DNA from: Verrucomicrobiales bacterium
Lineage (GTDB): Bacteria > Verrucomicrobiota > Verrucomicrobiia > Verrucomicrobiales > V1-33
Assembly: GCA_031411295.1 (NCBI GenBank)
Contig: JANOAV010000145.1
Coordinates: 1-14,193 of the forward strand
Reading direction: 5' to 3'
DNA length: 14,193 nt
The notes under the pieces were generated by a model. It searched no databases. It was not told the origin of the DNA and worked only from the letters and a program-made list of their open reading frames with translations. This document shows, in pieces, positions 7,154 through 14,077 of this stretch (its first letter is position 1; each line of letters opens with the position of its first letter). Made by a program: the position numbers and the translations under genes.

Positions 7154-9844
7154 TCACCACTGATACTCCAAAGTCACCCCGGAACGGCCCTGTGGCAGCG
7201 TCAGGGGAATCAACAGTTCTGCTTGGTCTCCCTCACGAAGGATGCCTTTGTGGTCGCTGGTGATGCGGAGATTGAGTTTGTCGATCGTAAAATTTCGTTC
7301 TGATTGCTGGCTGATTTTCTTGCCGGCGGCAGCTCGGAAATAGAAGGGTTGCTGCGGGGTGGGGGAATTGAACGTTAGGGTGCGTTTAAAGTAGGGCTTG
7401 TTGTCTTTGTCGTGCACATCTTCGAAAAAGTCCGTCACTGCGATGTCACCATAGTGATAGAGCAGCGTTGGGCGGCGGGCGGCGTCCAGGTGGTAGCCGC
7501 GCCATTGATAGCCTTGATCCTGCGGGAAACCTTGATTGGTCTTGCTCTTGTAAGGCCAATCGTCGTCGAGTGATTTCAGACGGTGAAACGGAATGCCGGG
7601 AGGGAAGGAAATGTTGTCCGTTCCGCGGGGATTGAATCGGCCGAGATCCACGTTAGCGAACTCGCCCTTCCAAAGTTGGCGCAGGGCCATTTCCCCGGAA
7701 TCGAAGGCCAGGTTGATGCGTTCCGGATAACCCACGCCGATGCCGCGATAACCCACGGGGCTTTGACCACGGCACATTTCGGTCACATCGCTAACGCGAA
7801 GCTCATTGGATTGGCGAGAGAGTCCGGTGGGTTTCTTCGCGCGCGGGCCGTCTTCCAGATAGGTCCATAGCGCTTCGATCTGCTGGGCGGTATCGCCTCC
7901 GAGGATGCTGGGGCGCACGGACTTTCCATCCGGCCAGTAGCTGGGCATGATGACCGTAGGATGGAAGCGCGAGGGTTGGCGCATGTAGAGATTGAACCAA
8001 TTTTTATTGAGTCGCTCCGGGACATGCGAAATGTCCAAGGCGCTGATTTCGCCTGATTTCTGGCCGTTAAACTCATGGCAGGCGATGCAGCCCAGTCCAT
8101 TGATGCCAATGAGTTGATAGCCTGCGTCCTTGGATTCTTGCAGGTTAGTGATCTTGGGAAAGGTCACTGCTTCCAAGGTGTCCACCTTCCCGAACAACTC
8201 CACGAGATGTCCCACGTTGTCTTCGCCAAACTGGGGCATAGAGGCATCGAGGTAGTCGCGTTGGCGTTTCCCATGCAGCAGAACTTCCGTGATCCATTCC
8301 GGTTTCAGTTTCGCGCCCACATGGGAAAGTGGCGGCGGCAGGCGACCTTGATCGCCCAGTGATGGCTGCGTGGTGGTGAAGAGTTGATTGCGTTCTGGCG
8401 CAATTCCACCCAGTCCACTGCGCTCGTGACAAGCAATGCAGTTAAATTTCACCAACGTGGTGTCGATGCGTTGCTGGTCGGTGAGCTGCGGCTTTTCCGC
8501 TTTGGGCAAGGCCTGAGTGATTTGGGCGCGTTGCTCCGGGCTGAGATCAAATTTCGGCCATGCGCCTGGGGTCGCGCTGAGACAGCCCTGAGAAGCATTG
8601 AGCTTCGCAAATGCCATGGCGGGTTTGGCGGGAACGCCGAGGTCGTCATGACAGTTTGCGCAGCCGAGCTTCGCGAAATGTTCCCGACCCCGGGCGACCA
8701 GTTCTGGAACGATTTGGAGCGGTTGAAACGCAGGGATGGGCTCGTTGGAAATGGAGAGCATCGATGAAGGGATAGCCTGCCGCTTGAAGCCGGGACCTTC
8801 CATTTCGCAGGAAAACTTGGGCTCGCGACCCGTTTGGAAATACGTTAGCTTCAACTGCCGCCAACCAGCGGCCAATGCAATTGTCCCATTGAGTTGCTTG
8901 GGGCCACGTCGATTGCTGGGCTCCTCTTTAATCACATCCTTACCGTCCAGGGAAAGCGATCCGCCATTCATGGTTAGGAAGAATTTGTAGGAACCAGCCT
9001 GCGTTACATTCAGCCAGCCTTCATAAACGATGGCCGTTTGATGCTGGATCTTGCCAATACTCTCCGGGGAGAAATCGGGCGCGTGACCCGATCGCTCCGC
9101 GGTGACTTTATCGCTCTCCAACCCTTCCCAGACCTGGCCGCGATACAGTTTGTAGGCCAAGGAGCCTGGCACCTTCGTGTCTTGCAGTAAAAAATGGGCA
9201 ATGCGCTCGATGTCTTTGCCCTGCAGTTTCATGTCAGGCATCCGGCCGGAGGGTCGACTCAAATGCGGTTGCTGGAGGAAGTTTGTCAGACTCTTGAAAC
9301 TATATTTCTTGTCGAGCGCGCCCAGCGGGACGGAGTTTGCGACCGGCAATTCTGTGCCTTTCTCATCGCGCGGTGAATGGCACGCGGCACAGCCACGTGA
9401 ATGGAACAATAGTTTCCCCTGAGCGGCCGCCACGGCATCTGGAGCCTGCGGGTCGAAAGTCTGCTTCTGCAATGACAACAAAAGGTGCGTGAGGGAAGTG
9501 GCGACTTGCTGCTTTTCTGCCGCCGCAATTGTCCCCATGACATCAGGCATGGTGGTGCCGAGTTTGGTGCCGTGAGGATTGCTGATGAATTTCTCCAGAT
9601 AGTCCGGATTCACCCGCGAGCTTAGCTCAGCCAGTCTTGGCGCTTGCTTGGAGTTTGCTTTCAGTGCAGCCTCCCCCGAGTGACAGGCCGCGCAGTTGAG
9701 TTCTTCAATCAGGACTTGCCCTTTCAATACAGCGTCGAGTTTGCTGGCGGTAAGCCCGGCTATGACGGGTTCGGCCGCACGCGAGGAAATCGCGCTGCCG
9801 ATAATAAACGCAGCGAGGGTTGGGAGCGATGGGAGGTATTTCAC
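7154..9844 (-). CDS. Exported multihaem c-type cytochrome (5 CxxCH) with PA14-like domain, PVC type
   Basis: 896 aa. Signal-peptide-like N-terminus MKYLPSLPTLAAFIIGSAISSRA. Haem motifs CAACH, CAACH, CANCH, CIACH, CIACH, with distal MP motifs (TTMPD, GRMPD, ASMPQ, VIMPS). Central YEGWLNVTQAGSYKFFL...GSLSLDG...LKLTYFQ segment resembles PA14. Confidence 0.9.
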   Translation of the reverse strand: MKYLPSLPTLAAFIIGSAISSRAAEPVIAGLTASKLDAVLKGQVLIEELNCAACHSGEAALKANSKQAPRLAELSSRVNPDYLEKFISNPHGTKLGTTMPDVMGTIAAAEKQQVATSLTHLLLSLQKQTFDPQAPDAVAAAQGKLLFHSRGCAACHSPRDEKGTELPVANSVPLGALDKKYSFKSLTNFLQQPHLSRPSGRMPDMKLQGKDIERIAHFLLQDTKVPGSLAYKLYRGQVWEGLESDKVTAERSGHAPDFSPESIGKIQHQTAIVYEGWLNVTQAGSYKFFLTMNGGSLSLDGKDVIKEEPSNRRGPKQLNGTIALAAGWRQLKLTYFQTGREPKFSCEMEGPGFKRQAIPSSMLSISNEPIPAFQPLQIVPELVARGREHFAKLGCANCHDDLGVPAKPAMAFAKLNASQGCLSATPGAWPKFDLSPEQRAQITQALPKAEKPQLTDQQRIDTTLVKFNCIACHERSGLGGIAPERNQLFTTTQPSLGDQGRLPPPLSHVGAKLKPEWITEVLLHGKRQRDYLDASMPQFGEDNVGHLVELFGKVDTLEAVTFPKITNLQESKDAGYQLIGINGLGCIACHEFNGQKSGEISALDISHVPERLNKNWFNLYMRQPSRFHPTVIMPSYWPDGKSVRPSILGGDTAQQIEALWTYLEDGPRAKKPTGLSRQSNELRVSDVTEMCRGQSPVGYRGIGVGYPERINLAFDSGEMALRQLWKGEFANVDLGRFNPRGTDNISFPPGIPFHRLKSLDDDWPYKSKTNQGFPQDQGYQWRGYHLDAARRPTLLYHYGDIAVTDFFEDVHDKDNKPYFKRTLTFNSPTPQQPFYFRAAAGKKISQQSERNFTIDKLNLRITSDHKGILREGDQAELLIPLTLPQGRSGVTLEYQW

Positions 9845-9977
9845 TGGAGGGATTTGTTGCAGGAGCGAAGGCTTTGAAGAAAGAGGGCAGAGGAGTCGGT
9901 GGCTTCTCTTTAAGCTCTGGCCGGCTAAACTGACAAGGTTATTTTGCCATCGCGATTAAGGAGGGCACTGCAACGCC

Positions 9978-10117
9978 AACGGCGGATTTTTGCACGGAGG
10001 TGGTAATGCGCTGCTGCGCGTTACCGTAGGGGGAAAGGTTGGTGACGCGGCGCAGCGCGTCACCACCGGAGGGTCTGTTGAGGATCAATAACTTACGTCG
10101 TGCAAAAATCCGCCCTG
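9978..10117. mobile_element. MITE-like non-autonomous element (140 bp) with terminal inverted repeats and 10-bp flanking direct repeats
   Basis: Perfect 16-bp inverted repeat: GGCGGATTTTTGCACG (9981-9996) and CGTGCAAAAATCCGCC (10099-10114). The direct repeat CTGCAACGCC sits at 9968-9977 and 10118-10127, each exactly 3 bp outside the inverted repeat. Confidence 0.7.
9999..10067. repeat. Inverted pair of REP-like palindromes
   Basis: GGTGGTAATGCGCTGCTGCGCGTTACC (9999-10025) and GGTGACGCGGCGCAGCGCGTCACCACC (10041-10067) are 22/27 identical in inverted orientation. Each also folds into its own 9-10 bp hairpin. Confidence 0.7.
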
Positions 10118-10183
10118 CTGCAACGCCCCGACTCCAAGCAATTGTCTTGCATCCCCGCGCTAGCCAGCAATGATGCCCGCTTC

Positions 10184-11062
10184 ATGTTGCATCGCCTGTC
10201 ACTCTACCTTTCCTTAGCCCGCGCGTCGAATTTACCGACGGTGTGGACTAATGCCGTGGCCGCTTGGGCCTTGGTGGGGGCTAGTTTCCAGTGGGGGCCG
10301 TTGCGCTGGCTCTCGCTGGCGGGGAGTCTGCTCTATGCAGGCGGTTGCACCTTAAATGACGCGTTCGATGCCAAATGGGACGCAGAACGTCGCCCGGAAC
10401 GACCCATCCCCAGCGGGATACTTTCCGCGCGGGAAGTCTGGCTCGTGGGATTGCTCGAACTTGGGCTGGGCCTTGGTCTGCTGGCGAAATTTGGTTTTCT
10501 GGCGCTCGGTTCGGGACTGTTGGTCGTCCTCGCCATTCTGCTCTACGATTGGCTTCATAAAAAATCCCCTTGGGCCGTGCTCTTGATGGCATGGTGCCGC
10601 GTGCAGTGGGTCGTCACGGTTGGGATTGCGGCAGGTGCCACCCATCTGGGACAAAGCAGCATTTCCTATGGGATTCTTCTTTTTGGCTATATTGTTCTCA
10701 TCAGTGTCGTGGCCCGGATGGAAAGCCTAAATTCGACGAGAGCAAAACCTTCCTTAAAAACTACCTTGGCACATTGGTTCGTGCTCATCGCAGTTTTGAT
10801 TTTGGGCACTCGTCACAATCCGGAGCACTGGCCTGCCACCCGTATTCCGTTTTACGCTTTCATCTTTTTTTATCAGACCGCACTTCAAATGGGATTGCGC
10901 ACCGCTCCCCCCAACATCGGGCGTTTCGTCGGCCTGGCTCTGGCTGGAATCACGTTACTCGATACAGTGTTTGCGTGTCTCGCTTGGTCATGGTCTGGCT
11001 TGTGGTTGGCGCTGATGCTGCCACTTTGCCTCTTGCTCCAGCGTCGTATTGCTGCCACCTAA
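10184..11062 (+). CDS. eboC: UbiA-family prenyltransferase, EboC-like
   Basis: Multi-pass hydrophobic protein with LARASNLPT, an Asp-rich motif LNDAFDAKWDAERRPERPIPSG, YDWLHKK, LMAWCR and GITLLD, adjacent to an EboD-like gene. ATG 10184 is preferred because the ORF-track GTG at 10100 lies inside the MITE inverted repeat. Confidence 0.8.
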   Translation: MLHRLSLYLSLARASNLPTVWTNAVAAWALVGASFQWGPLRWLSLAGSLLYAGGCTLNDAFDAKWDAERRPERPIPSGILSAREVWLVGLLELGLGLGLLAKFGFLALGSGLLVVLAILLYDWLHKKSPWAVLLMAWCRVQWVVTVGIAAGATHLGQSSISYGILLFGYIVLISVVARMESLNSTRAKPSLKTTLAHWFVLIAVLILGTRHNPEHWPATRIPFYAFIFFYQTALQMGLRTAPPNIGRFVGLALAGITLLDTVFACLAWSWSGLWLALMLPLCLLLQRRIAAT

Positions 11063-11107
11063 GCCTCCTCCCATTCCCGTTTCCCCCCGTCCCCTAATCC
11101 TTGCTCA

Positions 11108-12280
11108 ATGATTGAGTTTCCCATTCAACTCACCTACAACCACCGTGTCATTTTCACTGAAGGCGTCTTCAGTCCTGATAATGAGACGCTAACCGCGATC
11201 CTAACCGCAGGCGAGAATTGCGGACGGCAGCGTCCGCGTGCCCTGGTGTTTATTGATGAAGGCCTGATTCAAGGAGACCCGGCCCTGCTGGGCCATGTGG
11301 CCGCTTGGTTCGCCCGCCGCAGTGCGGTCGTGGACCTCCGCTCAGCTCCTATCATGATCCCTGGCGGAGAACCCTGCAAGAATGATTGGGCCTTGGTAGA
11401 AATGCTCTGGGGAGAGATTAACGCGGCCGCGCTGGATCGCCATTCCTACGTCGTCGTCATCGGCGGCGGGGCCACCTTGGATCTCGTGGGACTGGCCGCC
11501 GCCACTGCCCACCGTGGCATCCGCTTGATTCGCCTGCCCACCACCACCCTGAGCCAGGGCGATGGCGGGGTCGGCGTGAAAAACGGCATTAACTTCTTCG
11601 GCAAAAAAAACTGGGTCGGCACCTTTGCGGTCCCGTATGCTGTTATCAACGATGTGAAGTTCCTCGATGGACTCCCAGCCACCGACAAGCGAGCCGGCTA
11701 CATCGAAGCCATTAAAGTTAGCCTCATTCGCGACGGAGCGTTCTTCGAGGAAATGGAGCGCAACCTGGAAGCGATGCGGAATTTCGAGCCCAAAACGCTG
11801 CGTCGAGTCATCGAACGCAGTGCCGAACTGCACGTCAAACACATCGCCACCGGCGGAGACCCGTTTGAGTTAGGCAGTGCCCGCCCGTTGGACTTCGGGC
11901 ATTGGGTGGCCCACAAATTGGAACAGATTACCCAGTTTGCCGTCAGCCATGGCGAGGCGGTGGCGATTGGGATTGCGGTGGATTTGATCTACGCCAATCT
12001 GGCCGGAATGCTGGATGAAGACGTCTGCGTGCGCATCCTGAAATTGATCGACGAACTCGGCTTCAACCTGTGGCATGACGCACTCCTGAGCACTCCAGAG
12101 GACAATCCGACTCACCTGGCCATCATCCAAGGCCTGGAAGAATTCCGCGAACACCTCGGCGGAGACCTCTGCATTACGCTCGTGATCGGCATCGGCAAAG
12201 CCGTGGAAGTTCGCGAAATGGACCCCAAGTTAGTCCGCCAAGCAATCATGCAACTCCAAGCCATCACGCGACCGGAATGA
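11108..12280 (+). CDS. eboD: 3-dehydroquinate-synthase-like sugar phosphate cyclase, EboD-like
   Basis: GGEPCKN, GGGATLDLVG, PTTTLSQGDGGVGVKNG, EAIKV and HGEAVAIG motifs. HIATGGDPFELGSARPLDFGHW replaces the RALLNFGHT of canonical AroB, which is typical of the Ebo-associated clade. Confidence 0.82.
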   Translation: MIEFPIQLTYNHRVIFTEGVFSPDNETLTAILTAGENCGRQRPRALVFIDEGLIQGDPALLGHVAAWFARRSAVVDLRSAPIMIPGGEPCKNDWALVEMLWGEINAAALDRHSYVVVIGGGATLDLVGLAAATAHRGIRLIRLPTTTLSQGDGGVGVKNGINFFGKKNWVGTFAVPYAVINDVKFLDGLPATDKRAGYIEAIKVSLIRDGAFFEEMERNLEAMRNFEPKTLRRVIERSAELHVKHIATGGDPFELGSARPLDFGHWVAHKLEQITQFAVSHGEAVAIGIAVDLIYANLAGMLDEDVCVRILKLIDELGFNLWHDALLSTPEDNPTHLAIIQGLEEFREHLGGDLCITLVIGIGKAVEVREMDPKLVRQAIMQLQAITRPE

Positions 12281-12315
12281 GATTTGCCGGTGGAATGAAA
12301 TTTCACAAACACCCA

Positions 12316-12343
12316 TTGCATTCCCCAGGCACCGTCGTAGAAT
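12316..12343 (+). promoter_or_regulatory. Probable sigma70-type promoter of ssrA
   Basis: TTGCAT (12316-12321), a 16-nt spacer, then TAGAAT (12338-12343), ending 17 nt before the mature tmRNA 5' end. Confidence 0.6.
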
Positions 12344-12360
12344 CCATTTACTTACAACAA

Positions 12361-12713
12361 GGGGGCGCACTGGTTTCGACTGGTGTTCAGACTCTGGGGT
12401 AGCATGTCGAGGAGGAAACGTTGGCCTCGTTAATCACCGTCTCAAAAAAAACAACCGCAAACTCCAATACCGAGCTCGCGCTCGCGGCCTAAGTCCGCGA
12501 CAGTTTAAACGCAGATGTCTGTGTGCGTAGAAACTGTCAACTACAGACTGGTCTGACTTCCGTGCACTCGGGATGAGGATAAGAAAAACAGAGTGATCGG
12601 AGAGGGAAATTCTGCGTCTGGAAGCTCTCACTCTTAAACTAAAACAGCCGCTAAACATGTAGAAGCTCTAGCGAAAGGGCATTAGGACAGGGGTTCGACT
12701 CCCCTCGCCTCCA
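12361..12713 (+). ncRNA. ssrA: tmRNA (one-piece)
   Basis: 5' GGGGGCG...GGTTTCGAC pairs with 3' CGCCTCC-A, including the G3.U alanine identity pair. T-arm AGGGGTTCGACTCCCCT (12689-12705). GCATGT/ACATGT helix-2 arms. Internal tag ORF ends LAA*. CCA is not fully encoded. Confidence 0.97.
12457..12492 (+). other. tmRNA proteolysis tag reading frame (A)ANSNTELALAA*
   Basis: GCA AAC TCC AAT ACC GAG CTC GCG CTC GCG GCC TAA, following an A-rich tract and AACC just upstream of the resume codon. Confidence 0.93.
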
Positions 12714-12723
12714 CTTCCTTCAT

Positions 12724-12776
12724 TATCAACAAGTTACGCGGGAAAAATCCGCTAGGTGACAACACAGATGACAACA
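12724..12776. promoter_or_regulatory. Putative att arm of an ssrA-integrated element: IHF site plus tandem arm-type integrase-binding repeats
   Basis: TATCAACAAGTTA (12724-12736) is an exact match to the IHF consensus WATCAANNNNTTR, 10 nt after the tmRNA end. Direct repeats TGACAACA lie at 12757-12764 and 12769-12776 (12-bp period). Confidence 0.6.
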
Positions 12777-13100
12777 GTTCCAAAACTGTTTGTCCACGTC
12801 CGGCCTCGTTCATCCTCGTGAACGTTTAAAAATTCCCTCGCGCGCGGGCGCGTGAGAGATGGCTGTAAAGCGAGCCCTTCCTTGGCCTCGGACTCACGTT
12901 CCTTCACGCTCGCCAGAAACGACCTTCTCCTGCTCGGTATGGTTACTCTGCCCAGTAGATCGCTCGTCTCAGAACGGTCTTTTGTTTCAATACGGGGCAT
13001 TACGAAGCGCTCCGATGCAGTCCATTAGTCCCGGCGGAGGTATTCAGCCCATTCTTCAGGGTTTCCCGATTAAAAGCACCGCCAGAATCTCCCGGTTTTG

Positions 13101-13643
13101 TTAAACCTGACCGACCGTTGCTGAAGATTCCCTCACTCGCTTAGCCAGTTGCACCGCAGCCTCTTGTGCCAGCAATTCCCCGTAAAGCGGTGACTTTTCC
13201 AGCGCAGCCAAACCTTCATTCTGTGCTCCATCTCCTTCACCATCCTCCCGATAGCCGTCCATCTTAGCCAATGCGATCAGGGCCTGCACGGCATTAACCG
13301 CTTTAATGCTCTGGCGGCTGCCCGTTGCCGACTCTGACAGCGCGATCCCAGTAATCAGCCACCTATTTTCTGGGAGTGCCAACGATTCAGCGTCTTTCGG
13401 GGTTAGAACTGCCAGCGTGAGTAACCGCCTGATCTCGACCCGGGTGAGAATATTGTCTTCAGTAACACCCTCGACCAGCGCTCTGGCCATCAAGTAACCG
13501 GGCGTTCTCATGATCGTCGATGCCTGTGTTGCTGCCGAGGTGCGTTTGACGTTCGGACGGCATCGCAAGTAAGCCTCGGTAGCGCTGAGTCCATTGGAGA
13601 CACCTTTGGCGAATTTGTTGAGGAAACGTTTGTTGTAAGCCAT
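13101..13643 (-). CDS. Phage terminase small subunit-like protein (N-terminal HTH)
   Basis: 180 aa. N-terminal KFAKGVSNGLSATEAYLRC...KRTSAATQASTIMRTP resembles the TerS HTH pattern F....G.NAT.AY...SA...AS.L. It is followed by ILTRVEIRRLLT and a late AVQALIALAKMDG helix, both typical of TerS-like proteins. Confidence 0.65.
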   Translation of the reverse strand: MAYNKRFLNKFAKGVSNGLSATEAYLRCRPNVKRTSAATQASTIMRTPGYLMARALVEGVTEDNILTRVEIRRLLTLAVLTPKDAESLALPENRWLITGIALSESATGSRQSIKAVNAVQALIALAKMDGYREDGEGDGAQNEGLAALEKSPLYGELLAQEAAVQLAKRVRESSATVGQV

Positions 13644-13933
13644 GGGTGATAGATTAATTCATCTTGATGGAAATTCAAGACGTTGAGTTTGGCACTCCTC
13701 TGGAATAGTGCGGAGGCAGGACAGGTTTATGGGAAACCTCGTTAGCCCTTGGTGCCACTATTGCGGGAATCCACGTTGCTCCTTGCTCTCGTCATTTTCT
13801 GAATGGCAACCTGATATGACGCAAAATGAGAAGTTCGTTGCCATCGCGAGATAAACCATTACAACATTCCTAAAATGGTCTCATCGGATGGACTTCCATC
13901 TCGGATAACCGCCATTTCTGAATCCACTCCACG

Positions 13934-14077
13934 ATGAAAACCGTCCGCGACGCCTGCGAACTCCAGCCCAATGCCCTTTCGATCAAGCTCAGTGACCAGA
14001 TTGAGCAACTCGACGAACTCATCCATGCCGAGGGCGATGGAACGGCCTATTTCGCTAAGAACCTGTCCGGCAAATAA
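13934..14077 (+). pseudogene. N-terminus of a DUF499-family ATPase (anti-phage-associated), interrupted by IS5 at ~14059
   Basis: Not in the ORF track. Reads MKTVRDACELQPNALSIKLSDQIEQLDELIHAEGDGTAYFAK, recognised from memory as the N-terminus of DUF499 proteins that normally continue to a QAMGGGKTH P-loop. Here the frame runs into IS sequence (NLSGK*, TAA 14075-14077). Confidence 0.72.

Noticed and set aside
7106..9959. Short ORFs overlapping the cytochrome gene
   Set aside because: Antisense or off-frame shadows of a well-supported CDS.
9968..10127. CRISPR array or integron attC site
   Set aside because: Only two inverted hairpins, with no repeat-spacer periodicity, no cas or intI gene and no convincing attC R-box ends.
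10100..10183. 28-aa N-terminal extension of the UbiA ORF from GTG 10100
   Set aside because: The start lies within the MITE inverted repeat; family-like sequence begins at ATG 10184.
10570..11842. 175-aa (+, 10570-11097) and 166-aa (-, 11342-11842) ORFs
   Set aside because: They overlap eboC or eboD and carry no recognisable motifs.
11108..12280. Calling this gene canonical aroB
   Set aside because: The GDPFELGSARPLDFGHW motif and adjacency to a UbiA gene indicate the EboD-like clade, and no shikimate pathway genes are nearby.
12680..12713. tRNA gene suggested by the GGTTCGACTCCC T-arm
   Set aside because: It is the tRNA-like domain of tmRNA; there is no anticodon arm.
12434..13104. ORFs 12434-12658 (-), 12752-13000 (-) and 12859-13104 (+)
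   Set aside because: The first is antisense to tmRNA. The other two overlap each other and the att arm and lack protein-like features or integrase motifs.
13644..13933. Divergent promoters for the terS-like and DUF499 genes
   Set aside because: Likely present in this AT-richer gap, but no -35/-10 pair was convincing enough to give coordinates.
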